Below, piece by piece: positions 12,138-24,912 of a DNA stretch of 64,000 nt. This stretch comes from Pristiophorus japonicus (taxonomy: Eukaryota), in the NCBI RefSeq assembly GCF_044704955.1, contig NC_091997.1, positions 86,800,001 through 86,864,000 on the forward strand. Reading direction: 5' to 3'. Made by a program: the position numbers and the translations under genes. The notes below the pieces were generated by a model. It was not told where the DNA came from. It searched no databases and was given only the letters and a program-made list of their open reading frames with translations. Numbering within the stretch: the first letter of the stretch is position 1; each line of letters starts with the position of its first letter.

Positions 12138-12520
12138 TTAGTTTAAATCCTCCCCAACAGCACTAGCAAACACTCCCCCTAGGACATTGGTTCCGGTCCT
12201 GCCCAGGTGCAGACCGTCCGCTTTGTACTGGTCCCACCTCCCCCAGAACCGGTTCCAATGCCCCAGGAATTTGAATCCCTCCCTGCTGCACCACTGCTCA
12301 AGCCACGTATTCATCTGCGCTATCCTGCGATTCCTACTCTGACTATCACGAGGCACTGGTAGCAATCCCGAGATTACTACTTTTGAGGTCCTACTTTTTA
12401 ATTTAGCTCCTAGCTCCTTAAATTCTTTTCGTAGGACCTCATCCCTTTTTTTAACTATGTCGTTGGTACCAATATGCACCACGACAACTGGCTGTTCTCC
12501 CTCCCTTTTTAGAATGTCCT
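12138..12520 (-). pseudogene. CR1 ORF1 C-terminal SGNH/GDSL esterase-like domain, truncated
   Basis: VVHIGTND and DGLHL motifs. Confidence 0.85.
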
Positions 12521-12720
12521 CCATTGACACTCACCACTTGGCCCAAAAACTGCACTGCTCATTGGATTAATGTACATTTCTCTCAGTCACAGAGGAGTTC
12601 TTATCATATGGGCCTCCGGGACCAGGCGTTGGAAGCTTTGAATCATTGAGAGGAATGGGAGAACAATCCAATGTGTTCCATGTATGAACTGCAGCGCTCA
12701 AACAGCATTGTCTCCCCCTC

Positions 12721-13132
12721 CCCCGTTACATCTTGTTACACCTTGTTACACCCCGTTACACCCCGTTACACCCCGTTACTCATTGTTACACCCCGTTACA
12801 CCTTGTTACACCTTGTTACACCCTGTTATATCCTGTTACACCCCGTTACACCTTGTTACACCCCGTTACATCTTGTTACACCCTGTTACACCCCGTTACA
12901 CCTTGTTACACCCTGTTACACTTTATTACACCCTGTTACAACCCGTTACACCTTGTTACATCCTGTTACACCCCGTTACACCCTGTTACATCCTGTTACA
13001 CCCTGCTACAACCCGTTACACATTGTTACACCCTGTTACACCCCGTTACACACCGTTACATCTTGTTACACCTTGTTACACCCCGTTACACCTTGTTACA
13101 CCCCGTTACACTCTGATATACCCCGTTACACC
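12721..13132. repeat. Minisatellite, 10 bp unit CC(C/T)(C/T)GTTACA
   Basis: Direct tandem array. Confidence 0.95.
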
Positions 13133-13164
13133 CTTCTGAAAAACAAGTTTTCCAATGAGTCACA

Positions 13165-13613
13165 TGACATTGCTCTTTCCCCACAGCCCTGTTATTTTTT
13201 CCTTCTGACGCACATATCCAATTCCCTTTTGAAAGTCACCATTGAATCTGTGCAATCCATAACACACCTCGCTGTGTAAAACGAATTTCCTCATCTCCCC
13301 CCTGGTTCTTGTGCCAATGATCTTAAACCTGTGCCCTCTGGTTACTGACCAGGGAAACAATTTCTCACTATTTATGTCGCAAAACCCTTCATGATTTTGA
13401 ACGCCTCAATTAAATCTCCCCTTAACCTTCTCTGCACTAAGGAGAACAAGCCCAGCTTCTCCAGTCTCTCTACAGAACTGAAGTCTCTCAACCCCGGCGC
13501 CATTCTGGTCAACCTCCTCTGCCCCCTCTCCAAGGCCTTCACATCCTTCCTAAAATGCGGTGCCCAGAATTGGACGCAATACTCCAGCTGCGGCCGAATC
13601 AGTGATTTATAAC
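13165..13613 (-). mobile_element. CR1 LINE 3' fragment
   Basis: YKSLIRPQLEYCVQFWAP..LGLFSL..RRLRGDLIE. Confidence 0.85.
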
Positions 13614-13672
13614 GGATTGTTCGCGAATTGCTCGACCAGAGAGTGTCCTCTTCAGGGCTGAAGGACACACAG

Positions 13673-14295
13673 GGGCTGAAATTCGCTTTGTAAAGCTGCC
13701 CGTTAACGCCGCAGCAAAGACCGACCTTCAAAGTTAAGCGGCGTCGACGCCTCGCTCTACATTCAGTCAGCTCTTTGGCAGAGGGGCCAAGAGGCAATGC
13801 CGCACGGCTAATGCCGCCCGCGTGGTAAGGTCATCCAGCGTACAACGCCTCTCTGACGCCTCTGTTGCGACATGTGCTTTGTGCGGCTCCCCATACCGAC
13901 AGGCGGCCGTAGAGCCTGGACAAAGGGGTCGTTAAACAGCGGACCTCGGGAGGAATGGCCCAGAAAGGAAGGTAAGTTTTCCCCTTTATTTATTTCTGCG
14001 TGGTTTCACTCGTTTTCAGAGCGGGGAAGTGTGAGTGTGGATCATTTTTTAGTCATTTTTTTTTTTCTTCACGTCTTACTTCTAGCATGGTGGCAGCCTC
14101 CCGTGGGGAAATTCAGTCGGCCTCCTGAGCTCCCGCCCGAGGGTGGGTGCACAACGCCACGTTTTAGCGCTGCCCTCTCATCTTTGGACGTGAAAACTGA
14201 ATTTAGTAGTTTGAGGCTGTGCCTGACGCCCGGTGTTAAAATCGACACTCAGGCACTGACACTGCCTCAAACACGGCCATAACCAATTTCAACCC
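13673..14295. mobile_element. MITE-like element, probably Harbinger-derived
   Basis: TIRs GGGCTGAAATT / AATTTCAACCC; flanks CAG and CAT fit a 3-bp TSD with one mismatch. Confidence 0.6.
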
Positions 14296-14760
14296 CATCA
14301 TCTTAAAGTGATGACGATCCTCTCGAGTCGTGAAGACTGTCGAAAGCAGCTCTTCCTCTGATCTTCCAGTCGTCACTCTGAAGAACTTGAATTGAAGAGG
14401 ATTGAAGGTTGTAATAAAGAACCTCCCTGGGCTGAGGCATGGGGCAAGAATGGCCCTCGGTTCCTGCCTTGGCCTCTGTGCGACCCACACAACATCTGGA
14501 CTGAAGATCCTTCCCTTCTTGCCTTGCTCACGTGTCAGCCCATGGACTCCCCGTTGTGTTTCTTTCAAGAAGAAGAGTGGGATCCATCATCCTGCTGTCA
14601 GACCCACCCCTACCGCTCACAGACACATCAGTCACAAGTCCCAGAGCTCCCACCGTCAACAATGTACACCCGAACGATGCAACCGAGGTTCACTACATTG
14701 GTTCCTGGGTTGAGAGGGGCGTCTTATGATGAGAGACTGCGTAGAATGGGCTGACACTCT

Positions 14761-16490
14761 TGTAATATCTTCTCTACAATATCACAAACACACACTTACA
14801 CGATGGCTCCATTACGCAGGAACTTATCATGTGACCAGGTTACATAATCCTTTATTGTATTTATCTCAGCAGTTGCATTACCACAGTTGTCCACTAGGTG
14901 GATCTAGGTGGAGGCGGCGAAGGTTGAACAGGTTCCCACTGGTTCTGTACTTTAGTTCCACTCCAGCGGGGAGCTTGTTGAGTGTGAGGTGGAGCATGGC
15001 AGCGAGGAAGATTGAGAAGAGGGTTAGAGCGATGACGCAGCCCTGCTTGACCCCGGTCCGGACATGGATTGGGTTGGTGATGGATCTGTTGGTCAGGATT
15101 ATGGCCTGCATATCATCGTGGAGCAGGCGGAGAATGGTGACGAACTTTTGGGGCAGCCGAAACAGAGGAGGATGCTCCATAGTCCTTCATGGTTGACAGT
15201 GTCAAAGGCCTTTGTAAGGTCAAAGAAGGCCATGTATAAGAGTTGGTGCTGTTCCCTGCATTTTGCTTGTTGCTGTCGCGCTGCAAAAATCATGTTCATT
15301 GTACCCCGAAGGGGACAAAATCCACACTATGACTCCGGGAGGAGCCCCTCAGCCACGGGGAGAAGACGGTTGAGGAGGATTCTAGCGACGACTTTCCCAG
15401 TGGCTGATAACAGGTAGATTCCTCTGTAATTACAGCAGTCGGACTTGTCCCCTTTTTTTAAAGATGGATTCCCCGCTGGAGTGCAACTAAACTACAGAAC
15501 CAGTGGGAACCTGTTCAACCTTCGTCGTCTCCAGACCAGATCCAAGACCATCCCATCCTCTGTCGGCGAACGACAGTAAACGGATGATGCTTGTGTCTGC
15601 GCAGATTCAGAGACTGAACTCCAAGTCATAGTCAACATCTGCACTGAGGCGTACAAAAGCATGGGCCTTACCCTAAATATCCATAAGACAAAGGTCCTCC
15701 ACAAACCTGACCCCACCCCACAGCACTGCCCCCCAGTCATCAAGATCCACGGTGTGGCCATGGACAACGTGGACCACTTTCCATGCCTCGGGAGTCTATT
15801 AACTGCAAGGGCAGACATCGATGACGAGATTCAACACCGCCTCCAGTGTGTCAGCACAGCCTTCGGCCACCTGAAGAAAAGAATGTTCAAAGATCAGGCC
15901 CTCAAATCTTCCACCAAGCTCGAGGTCTACAGGGTTGTAGTGATCTCGCCTTCCTGTATGGCTGAGAGACGTGGACCATATACAATAGGCACGTAAAATC
16001 GCTGGAGAAATACCACCAACGATGTCTCCGCAAGATCCTGCAAATCCCCTGGGAGGACAGACGCACCAGCATCAGCGTCCTCGACCAGGCCAACATCCCC
16101 AGCATCGAAGCACTGACCACACTCGACCAGCTTCGTTGGAAACGTTTCAAGGACATCCTCAAAGCCTCCTTGATAAAATGCAACATCCCCACTGACACCT
16201 GGGAGTCCCTGGCCAAAGACTGCCCTAAGTGCATCTGGGAGGGTGCTGAGCACCTCGCGTCTCGTCGCCGAGAGCATGCAGAAACCAAGCGCAGGCAACG
16301 GAAGGAGCGTGCAGCAAACCAGTCCCACCCTCCCTTTCCCTCAATGACTATCTGTCCCACCTGTGACAGAGACTGTAATTTCCATATTGGACTGTTCAGT
16401 CACCTAAGAACTCACTTTTAGAGTGGAAGCAAGTCTTCCTCGATTTCGAGGGACTGTCTATGATGATGACTAGGTGGAGCTATATTACCA
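14761..16490. mobile_element. Short solo LTR (14761-14913 and 16470-16490) split by an RTE
   Basis: Termini TGTAATAT..ATATTACCA; 4-bp TSD CTCT in the host CR1. Confidence 0.6.
14914..16469 (+). mobile_element. RTE LINE with inverted 5' segment
   Basis: 14914-15468 is RT on the minus strand (FDLTKAFD, VKQGC); 15470-16469 runs on the plus strand to a (TGA)n tail; TSD CTAGGTGGAG. Confidence 0.85.
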
Positions 16491-17621
16491 CTCTCTGGAG
16501 TTTAGAAGAATGAGAGGTGATCTCATTGAAACATACAAGATCCTGAGGGGGATTGACAGGGTAGATGCTGAGAGGATGTTTCCCCCGGCTGGACAGTCTA
16601 GAACCAGGGGACACAGTCTCAGGATAAAGGGTCGGCCATTTAAGACTGAGATGACGAAGAATTTCTTCAGTCAGAGGGTTGTGAATCTTTGCAATTCTCT
16701 GCCCCAGAGGGCTGTGGAGGCTGAGTCTCTGAATATATTCAAGGCTGAGATCGATAGATTTTTGGAGTCTCGGGAGAATCAAGGGATATGAAGATCGGGC
16801 GGGAAAGTGTTGGGGTCGATGATCAGCCATTGAATGGCTGAGCAGGCTCGAGGGGCCGCTGCTATTTCTCAGGTTCTTATGTTAAAATCCACTGACCATC
16901 GGCACCTACACATCACCTGGAGCAACAGTACCACTGTCTGATGACAAGAACATTTGGGGACTATCATGTCCTATTGCTGCCTGAGCAGTGCTGATTGCTT
17001 CACATTGTCGTGTGTGTGGCCCCTGTATCAATCTGTGCTCTTCAAGCCGTGTACCCAGCTATAACTGGCAACCATTAATCTGCCATCCCACGGAAGGTCC
17101 TGATAGTAAACAGCTTGCTCCCCTCCCTGGTGGGACCCGCAGCCCCAGGCTGCGCTCACTCCTCTGGTGTTTTGGGCACACCCTCATCCCATTGTCTGCG
17201 CTCCTCTTCCAGCTGCCAACTCCATGAAATGAACTCCTCCAGGGAGGCTGGTAATCGAGATCATTACTCACATCGGAGCAGGGAACATCAATAATAAACT
17301 GGGTGGTCTCCACTGCTGCTGAAGGGTGAAGTTTGTTCTAAGGCTCCCAGTGCGCCGTAATAAACACACCCAACTGCACCGCCGTGAGTCAAAATCCCAG
17401 ACACCGCTTTACAGACTAGGCCAAATATCCGAGGAGGTCTCTCAAGGAGGTGGACGCACCATGTCAGAAATTGTGAATTGGAAGAAGTAACTTGAGACCT
17501 AAAAGTCTCCTCAGTCTGGTGTTAGAATTGAAGTGTTCATTCCAGAGTACACCAGCTAAAGCGGTTTGAACAGCATGAACATAAATAACTGATCACAGGC
17601 AGCACCAAACATCTGAAACCG

Positions 17622-19803
17622 AGAAACATAGAAATTTACAGCGCAGAAGGAGGCCATTTCGGCCCATCGTGTCCGCGCCGGCCGACAAAGAGCCGCATGG
17701 CCCTTGGTCAGCAGCCCTGCAGGTTACATATACACCTATGAACAATGACGGAAAGGCAAAGAGCACCCAGTCTAACCAGTCCGCCCCACACAACTGCGAC
17801 ACCCCTTATACTGAAACATTCTACACTCCACCCCAACCGGAGCCATGTGATCTCCTGGGAGAGGCAAAAACGAGATAAAATCCCAGGCCAATTTAGGGAG
17901 AAATAATCTGGGAAAATTCCTCTCCGACCCATCCAGGTGATCGAAATTAGTCCAGGAGATCACCCTGGCTGTATTCTATTCCCTGCAGTACTTACCATTA
18001 TATCTGCGCCGTCCAACAAAAGGTCATCTAGTCGAATCCCAATTACCAGCTCTCGATCCATAACCCTGCAGGTTACGGCACTTTAAGTGCCCATCCAACC
18101 ATCTCTTAAAAGTGGTGATGGTTTCTGCATCCACCACTCTTCCAGGCAGCGAGTTCCAGATCTCCACAACCCTCTGCATAAAGAAGACCCCCCCTCAAAT
18201 CCCCTCGAAACCTTCCACCAACCACCTTAAAACTATGCCCCCTCATAATAGCCCCCTCCACCAATGGAAATAAACCCTTACTATCAACTATGTCCAGGCC
18301 AATCAATATTTTGTACACCTCAATGAGGTCTCCTCTCAACCTCCTCGGTTCCAATGAGAACAAACCTAGCCTATCCAATCTGTCCTCATCACTAAGATTC
18401 TCCATTCCAGGCAGCATCCTAGTAAATCTTCTCTGCACCCTCTCTAGTGCAATCACCTCCTTACTATAATACGGCGACCAGAACTGTACACAGTACTCCA
18501 GCTGTGGCCTAACCAAAGTATTATACAATTTAAGCAAACCTGCTTGCTCTTATATTCTATGCCTCGGCCAATAAAGGCAAGCATTCCGTGTGCCTTCTTA
18601 ATCACCTTATCCACCTGGCCTGCTACTTTCAGGGATCTGTGGACAAGCACTACAAGGTCCCTTTGTTCATCTACACTATTAAGTCGCCTACTGCTTAATG
18701 TGTATACCCTTTCCTAATTAGCCCTCCCAAAGTGCATCACCTCACACTTCTCTGAATTAAATTCCATTTGCCACTGCTCTGCCCACCTGACCAGTAGATT
18801 GATATCCTCCTGCAGCCCATGACTTTCCTCTTCATTATCAACCACACAGCCAATTTTAGTGTCATCTGCAAACTTCTTAATCATACTCCCTATATTCAAA
18901 TCTAAATCATTGATATATACCACAAAAAGCAAGGGACCTAGTACTGGGCCCTGCGGAACCCCACTGGAAACATCCTTCCAGTCACAATCATTACCCTTTT
19001 CTTCCTACCTCCAAGCCAATTTTGGATCCAACTTGCCACTTTGCCCTGTATCCAATGGGCTTTAACCTTCAAGTTAGATGAGGTCCTTACTACTAGGGGG
19101 ATCAAGGGGTATGGCGAGAAAGCAGGAATGGGATACTGAAGTTGAATGTTCAGCCATGAACTCATTGAATGGTGGTGCAGGCTAGAAGGGCCGAATGGCC
19201 TACTCCTGCACCTATTTTCTATGTTTCTATGTTTCTATGACCAGTCTACCATGTGGGACCTTATCAAAAGCCTTGCTAAAGTCCATATATACTACATCAT
19301 ACGCACTACCCTCATCGATCCTCTTGGTTGCCTCCTCAAAAAATTCAATCAGGTTAGTCAAACACGATCTTCCCTCAACAAATCTGAGCTGACTGTCCCT
19401 AATTAATCCATGCCTTTCCAAATGCAGATTTATCCTGTCTTTCAGGATTTTTTCCAATAATTTTTCCACCACTGAGGTTAGGCTGACAGGCCTGTAATTA
19501 CTCGGCCAATCCCTTTCTCTCTTCTTAAACAAAGATACTACATTAGCAGTTCTCCAATCCTCTGGCACCATGTCCAGATCCAAAGAGGACTGGAAAATGA
19601 TGGTCAAGGCCTCTGCTATTTCCTCTTTTACTTCGCTCAACAGCCTGGGATGCATTTCATCAAGGTCTGTGGACTTATCTACTTTCAAAGCTGCTAAACC
19701 CCTTAATACTTCCTCTCTCACTACAGTTATTTCATCCAGAATATCACACTCCTCCTTGATAGCTGTATCTGCATTGTCCCTTTCCTTTGTGAAAACAGAT
19801 GCC
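17622..19803 (-). mobile_element. CR1 LINE of a long-3'UTR subfamily, decayed RT half
   Basis: ORF pieces YMDFSKAFD, KFADDTK and RPQLEYCVQFWSP; about 400 bp of 3' UTR. Confidence 0.85.
19071..19239 (+). mobile_element. Short young CR1 3' tail inserted into the older CR1
   Basis: Near-identical to the 3' end of the 9054 copy. Confidence 0.85.
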
Positions 19804-20449
19804 AAGAACGGCCTGTCTGACTCCAACCTCGGGAGAATGTGAAGAGGCGGGTTTCACCCAAGAGTTGAGACAAAGAACCCGACATGTCACAGGTTAAATG
19901 GTCCTGTCTGTATCCTATACCAAGCCTACCCCTAAAAAGAGAATAAAAGTAAGATCTAGAAGGAATTTCAGGGCAGACGGTGAAGATAAGAAGAGTTCGT
20001 ACTACCAGCCGTCTCTCCGATCGGGACTAGTACCAGCTACTTGTCATGGTCGTATGTCTCCTATGCCTATCCTGATTGTGTGTTATGTTTAACGATATTT
20101 GAACTATCGCTCCCTTAATTAAATGCCTTTGGAGTTATAAGACATTTTAAGGTGTGTGACCTGTGATCCTAATCTTTTAACCAGGAGAGATTAGTCCGTC
20201 CCTGGGCCTGGCTGTATTGGATGTCCTGGGCACTATGGGTAGAGAAGGATTGGGTGGGAGGATCGCACATCCATAGGAGCCCACCTCCCCAACCGCCTGT
20301 AGCCTCAACATTGAGTTTAGTAAATCCAGACTTTCACTATAGCTCTCACTTTCTTCACACCAGGGCTTGCTGGTGATGGGTGTTATTGGTGTCTGGTGGG
20401 AGGTGCTTAGGCTGGAGAACTTTAAGCGGATGCCAGTACTGGTGGCATG

Positions 20450-20860
20450 GGGGAGGGGGGGTGGACGGTAGGGGGAGGAGGCGTGGGATAGGAGAGGAAG
20501 GGGTGGGGGAGGGCAGGAGGAGAGGAGGGAAGAGGAGGTAGGAAGGGAGGGGGAGAGGAAGGAGGAGAGGAGGTGGAGATGGAGGGGGAGAGGGAGGGAA
20601 GGGGAGAGAAGAGGCGGGGGAGTGGGACAGGAGAGGAAGGGGAGGGGAGGGCAGGAGGAGAGGAGGTGGGGACGGGAGAGGGAGCGAAGGGGAGAGGAAG
20701 GAGAGGGAGGATAGAGGAGGGTGAGAGGGAGGGGAGGATGAAGGTAGGGGAGTGGAGGGGAGAGGCAGGGGAAGGGGAGGGGGAAGGATGAAGGTAGAGG
20801 AGGGGAGGTGCAGGGGAGGGGGAAGGAAGGGGAATGGGGAGGGTTGGTGGAGGGAGGGTG
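20450..20860. repeat. Purine-rich (GA) low-complexity tract
   Basis: Almost pure G/A composition. Confidence 0.9.
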
Positions 20861-21032
20861 TCTGCCCCTTGTTGTGTGTCCTCCTCTCCTCTCTCTCCGA
20901 TTGTGTCGACAGTACTAGCCCTTGTGTGATCTCCTCTCCTGCTCCCATTTATCTCATTCTATTGAAATGCTGGTCCATCTATAATTTCTGCAGTTCTGTT
21001 GAAGGACGGTAAACTGAAATGCGAATGGACCT

Positions 21033-21397
21033 GCCCCCACCCCCTCTCCCCCACAGACACAGACTGCCCCCTCCCCACAGACGCAGACTGCCCCCCCCCA
21101 CAGACACAGACTGCCTTCCCCCAGACACAGACTGCCCCCCTCCCCCCACAGACACAGACTGCCCCCCTCCCCCCACAGACACAGACTGCCCCCCTCCCCC
21201 CACAGACACAGACTGCCCCCTCCCCACAGACACAGACTGCCCCTCTCCCCCCACAGACACAGACTGCCCCCCTCCCCCCACAGACACAGACTGCCCCCCC
21301 CCACAGACACAGACTGCCCTCCCCACATACACAGACTGCCCCCCTCCCCCACAGACACAGACTTCCCTCCCCCCCCGACAGACACAAACTGCCCCCC
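21033..21397. repeat. Minisatellite, ~27 bp unit CCCCCACAGACACAGACTGCCCCCCT
   Basis: Direct tandem array. Confidence 0.95.
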
Positions 21398-21546
21398 ATT
21401 ATATTACACATTTCATCGGGAACAGGCTGGAGAGGGGTGTAGTTGCAACTTGTAGCGGTGTGTACATGGCCGTCAGTTCCTCAGTAAATTCTAAATCCTG
21501 GAAGTCCCAATAACTCTCTTCCAGGATATTAAAGCGGACGGCAGAT

Positions 21547-21580
21547 TTAAACCTCAGCATCTGGCAAACTTGGGAAACGT
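21547..21580 (-). CDS. Candidate terminal coding exon of an unidentified host gene, (R)RFPSLPDAEV*
   Basis: Strong acceptor CTCTTTCATCATTTTCAG in non-repeat DNA; phase 2 matches the upstream candidate exons. Confidence 0.5.
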
Positions 21581-21944
21581 CTGAAAATGATGAAAGAGCA
21601 AAAAGTTTATTTGAATATCCAAGAAACAGTTAAGATTAATTAGGCTCCCACTGTAATAAGAAATTTCAAGGAAAATAAATCTTCAATTATTTACCAATTG
21701 TTTGCAAAGGATTAGCATAGATCTTGGAGTTGCAATCTTTGCACTGTCTCCTCAAAGAGTTTGGTGGGAGGGCCTGTTGTATAATTATCACTTGTGTGTT
21801 TATCTCTCTTCAGTAGAGCAACTATTAATGACTTGGATGAAGGGACTGAGTGTAATGTAGCCACGTTTGCTGATGATATAAAGATGGGTGGGAAAGCAAA
21901 TTGTGAGGAGGACACAAAAAAATCTGCAAAGGGATATAGACAGG

Positions 21945-24085
21945 CTAAGTGACTCGCCTATCCCTTTTTCCTTTTTTAAACAAAGGTACCATGTTAGCAG
22001 TCTTCCAGTCCTCCAGCACCAGTAAGGATTTGAAAATGATGGTCAGAGCCGCTGCTATTTCCTCTTTTGCTTCTCTGAACAGCTTGGGATACATTTCATC
22101 CGGGCCTGGGGATTTATCCACTTTCAAAGCTGCTAAACCCCTTGATACTTCCTCTCTCACTATGTTTATTTCATCTAATATTTCACACTCCTCCTCCCTG
22201 ATTGCAAAGTCTCTCTTTTGTGAAAACAGACGCAAAGTATTCATTAAGAACCATACCCACGTCTTCCGCCTCCACACACAGATTACCTTTATGGTCTCTA
22301 ATAGGCCCTCCTCTTTTTTTAATTAGCCTCTTGCTCTTAATGTATTTATAAAACACCTTTGGGTTTTCCTTGATTTTACTTGCCAACATTTTTTCATGCT
22401 CTCTCTTTGCTGTCCTAATTTCCTTTTAAATTTCACCCCTACACTTTCTATACTCCTCTAGAGTTTCTGCAGTACAGGTTGAATCTCCATTATCCGGAAC
22501 CCTTGGGACCTGGCCTGTTCTGGATAAGGGATTTTTCCAGACAAGGGGTGGTCACGTTAAATTGGATGGTACAGGTACTGAGCAAGGGGATATCGGGGCT
22601 GGCTGGCTTGGGGCTGGGAGTGCGGCAGAGAGATCGTGGTGGGGGGGGGCGGAGTGGGGGGGCAAGCGGTGGATCACGGGATCAGGCCAACAATTGCGGA
22701 AGTCGGCTGCAAGGAACGACTTCAATTTGTTCATGTTGGAGTTCTGCGCATGCGCCTTCTGGTGGCCGGGAATGGTTCTGGATGAGGGAGTTCTGGATAA
22801 AGGAGGTTCAACCTGTATTGAGCCTTCGGTATCTGTCATAAGTTTCCCTTTTTTTCTTTATCCTTCCCTGTATGTCCCTTGACATCCAGGGGGCTCTAGA
22901 TTTGTTAGTCCCACCCTTTTTCTTTAAAGGAATATACTTGCTCTGAACCCTCTGGATCTCCTCCTTGAATGCCTCCCACTGCTCTGACACCGATTTACCA
23001 TCAAGTAGCTGTTTCCAGTTCATTGTGGCTAAATCACCTCTCAGCTTATCCAAATTGGCTTTTTCCCAATTGAGAACTTTTATTCCTGGTCTATCCTTAA
23101 CCTTTTCCATAACTACCTTAAATCTAACTGAATTATGATCACTAGCACCAAAATGCTCTCCGACTGATACCCCTTCCACCTATCCAGTTTCATTTCCTAA
23201 AACTAAGTCCAGAACTGCCCCCTTCCTTGTTGGGCTTGCTGTGTACTGGCTGAAAGAGTTCTCCTGAACACATTTTAGGAATTCCACAACCTCTATACCA
23301 TTCACACTAATTTTATTCCAGTTAATATTAGGATAGTTGAAATCTCCTACTATTACTGCCCTATAGTTTTTGCACTTCTCAGAAATTTACCGACCTATTT
23401 GCTCTTCTATCTTTCTCTGACTGTTTGGGAGTCTATAGTACACTCCCAGCAGTGTGATTTCCCCTTTTCTGTTCTTCAATTTGACCCATATGGCCTCATT
23501 TGATTATACTTCTAACTATACATCCATCCTCATAGCTGTAATTGTTTCTTTAATCAATACTGCAATCCCCCCCCCCCCACCCCGCTGCCACCCCATCTGT
23601 TTTACCCCCCTCTCTATCCCGTCTGAAAATCCTGTAACCAGGAATGTTGAGCTGCCATACCTGCCCTTCTTTCAGCCATGTCTCAGTAATAGCTGTAATA
23701 TCAAACTCCCCAGTGTCAATCTGTGCTCTCAGCTTATCTGCCTTTTTCCAGAGATACTCCTTGCATGGAAGTATATGTAATTTAGTATTGCCAAACTCCC
23801 TTATTGTCTATTTTTGAGCCCTTGTTTCCTCTGCCTTCCAAATTCACTTTCTACTTTTTTACTTTCCAATTCCAGCTTTGCTTCTCTCCCTACTGAATCT
23901 ATTCTCAGGTTCCCATCCCATTGCCAAGCTAGTTTAAACCCTCCCCAACAGCAGTAGCAAACCCTCCCACGAGGATACTGGTCCCGGCTCTGTAGAGGTG
24001 CAACACATCTGGCTTGTACAGGTCCCACCTCCCCCAGAAACAGTCCCAATGCCTCAGGAATCTAAAGCCCTTGCTCCTGCACCAT
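21945..24085 (-). mobile_element. Old CR1 LINE 5' half (end of ORF1, APE and start of RT)
   Basis: GEHFGASDHN, NPKVFYKYIKSKR and DKSPGPD fragments with frameshifts. Confidence 0.8.
22475..22815. mobile_element. Tc1/mariner (Tigger/pogo-type) MITE
   Basis: 26-bp TIR CAGGTTGAA(T/C)CTCC(A/T)TTATCC(G/A)GAAC with 3 mismatches; TA on both sides; interrupts the CR1. Confidence 0.85.
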
Positions 24086-24817
24086 CATGATCAGGTAGAG
24101 AGCAGGCGGCAGCAACAAAATGTAAATGATGGTCGCGGCACTGTGTCACTGGAAATTGATCTGAATGACCCTGTGTATGTGCTAAACTATGGACATGGTC
24201 CCAAGTGGATCGCGGGCACGGTGATAGCTAAAGAAGGGAGTAGGGTGTTTGTAGTCAAACTAGACAATGGACAGATTTTCAGAAAGCACCTGGACCAAAC
24301 AAGGCTGCGGTTCACAGACTGACCTGAACAACCCACAGCAGACACCACCTTTTTCTAGCCCACAGCACACACACAAAGGATCAACGACACCACGCCGGAC
24401 CAGGAAATCGAACCCATCACGCCCAACAGCCCAGCAAGGACAGGCTCACCCAGCAGCCCTGCAGGGCCAACAACATGCCAGCCCAGCAAGGGCACAGCCA
24501 ACACACCAGAACAGACATTTGTACCAAGGCGGTTCACCAGGGAAAGAAAGGCTCCCGACCGCCTCACCTTGTAAATAGTTTTCACTTTGACTTTGGGGGG
24601 GGGGTGATGTTGTGTATCTGTAAAGCATGCACTCTCATGTTCCGCCACCAGAGAGCGCATCCTCTGAAGTCCCAAGGTTCCCAGCATCCCTTGGGAGCAC
24701 TGTATATAATCCGGTCCCTAAGGCCTGTTCCTCACTCTGGAGTGTCTTAATAAAGACTGAGGTCACTGTTACTTTAACCTCCCTGTGTGCAGTCTCATCT
24801 GTGTTAGGAACACAACA
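24086..24817 (+). mobile_element. Gypsy LTR retrotransposon 3' end: integrase C-terminus, PPT and LTR (24608-24817)
   Basis: DPVYVLNYGHGPKWIAGTV..RKHLDQ; G-run PPT; LTR TGTTGTG..CACAACA with TATATAA and AATAAA. Confidence 0.85.
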
Positions 24818-24821
24818 AGCG

Positions 24822-24912
24822 CCATGTCAGAGGTCAGCACCATTTTAGAGGTCAGCGTGATGTCAGAGGTCAGCACCAGGTCAGAGGTCGGCACCATGTC
24901 ACAGGTCAGCAT
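24822..24912. repeat. 18-bp tandem repeat CCATGTCAGAGGTCAGCA
   Basis: About five degenerate copies. Confidence 0.75.

Larger units (their letters stand above)
9054..12521 (-). mobile_element. Young CR1 LINE, 5' truncated within ORF1
   Basis: (TTCTATGT)n tail, full ORF2 and the 3' part of ORF1. Confidence 0.95.
14685..16883 (+). mobile_element. CR1 3' fragment (14685-14760 and 16491-16883) hosting nested insertions
   Basis: RFT..VPGLRGASYDERLRRMG continues as SLEFRRMRGDLIETYK at 16491. Confidence 0.8.

Noticed and set aside
9128-12166. Plus-strand ORFs up to 233 aa, mirrored at 35180-37876
   Set aside because: Antisense shadows of CR1 ORF2, shared only because the two copies are closely related.
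20355-20948. Pro/Ser-rich 197-aa ORF
   Set aside because: Translation of a GA-rich low-complexity tract.
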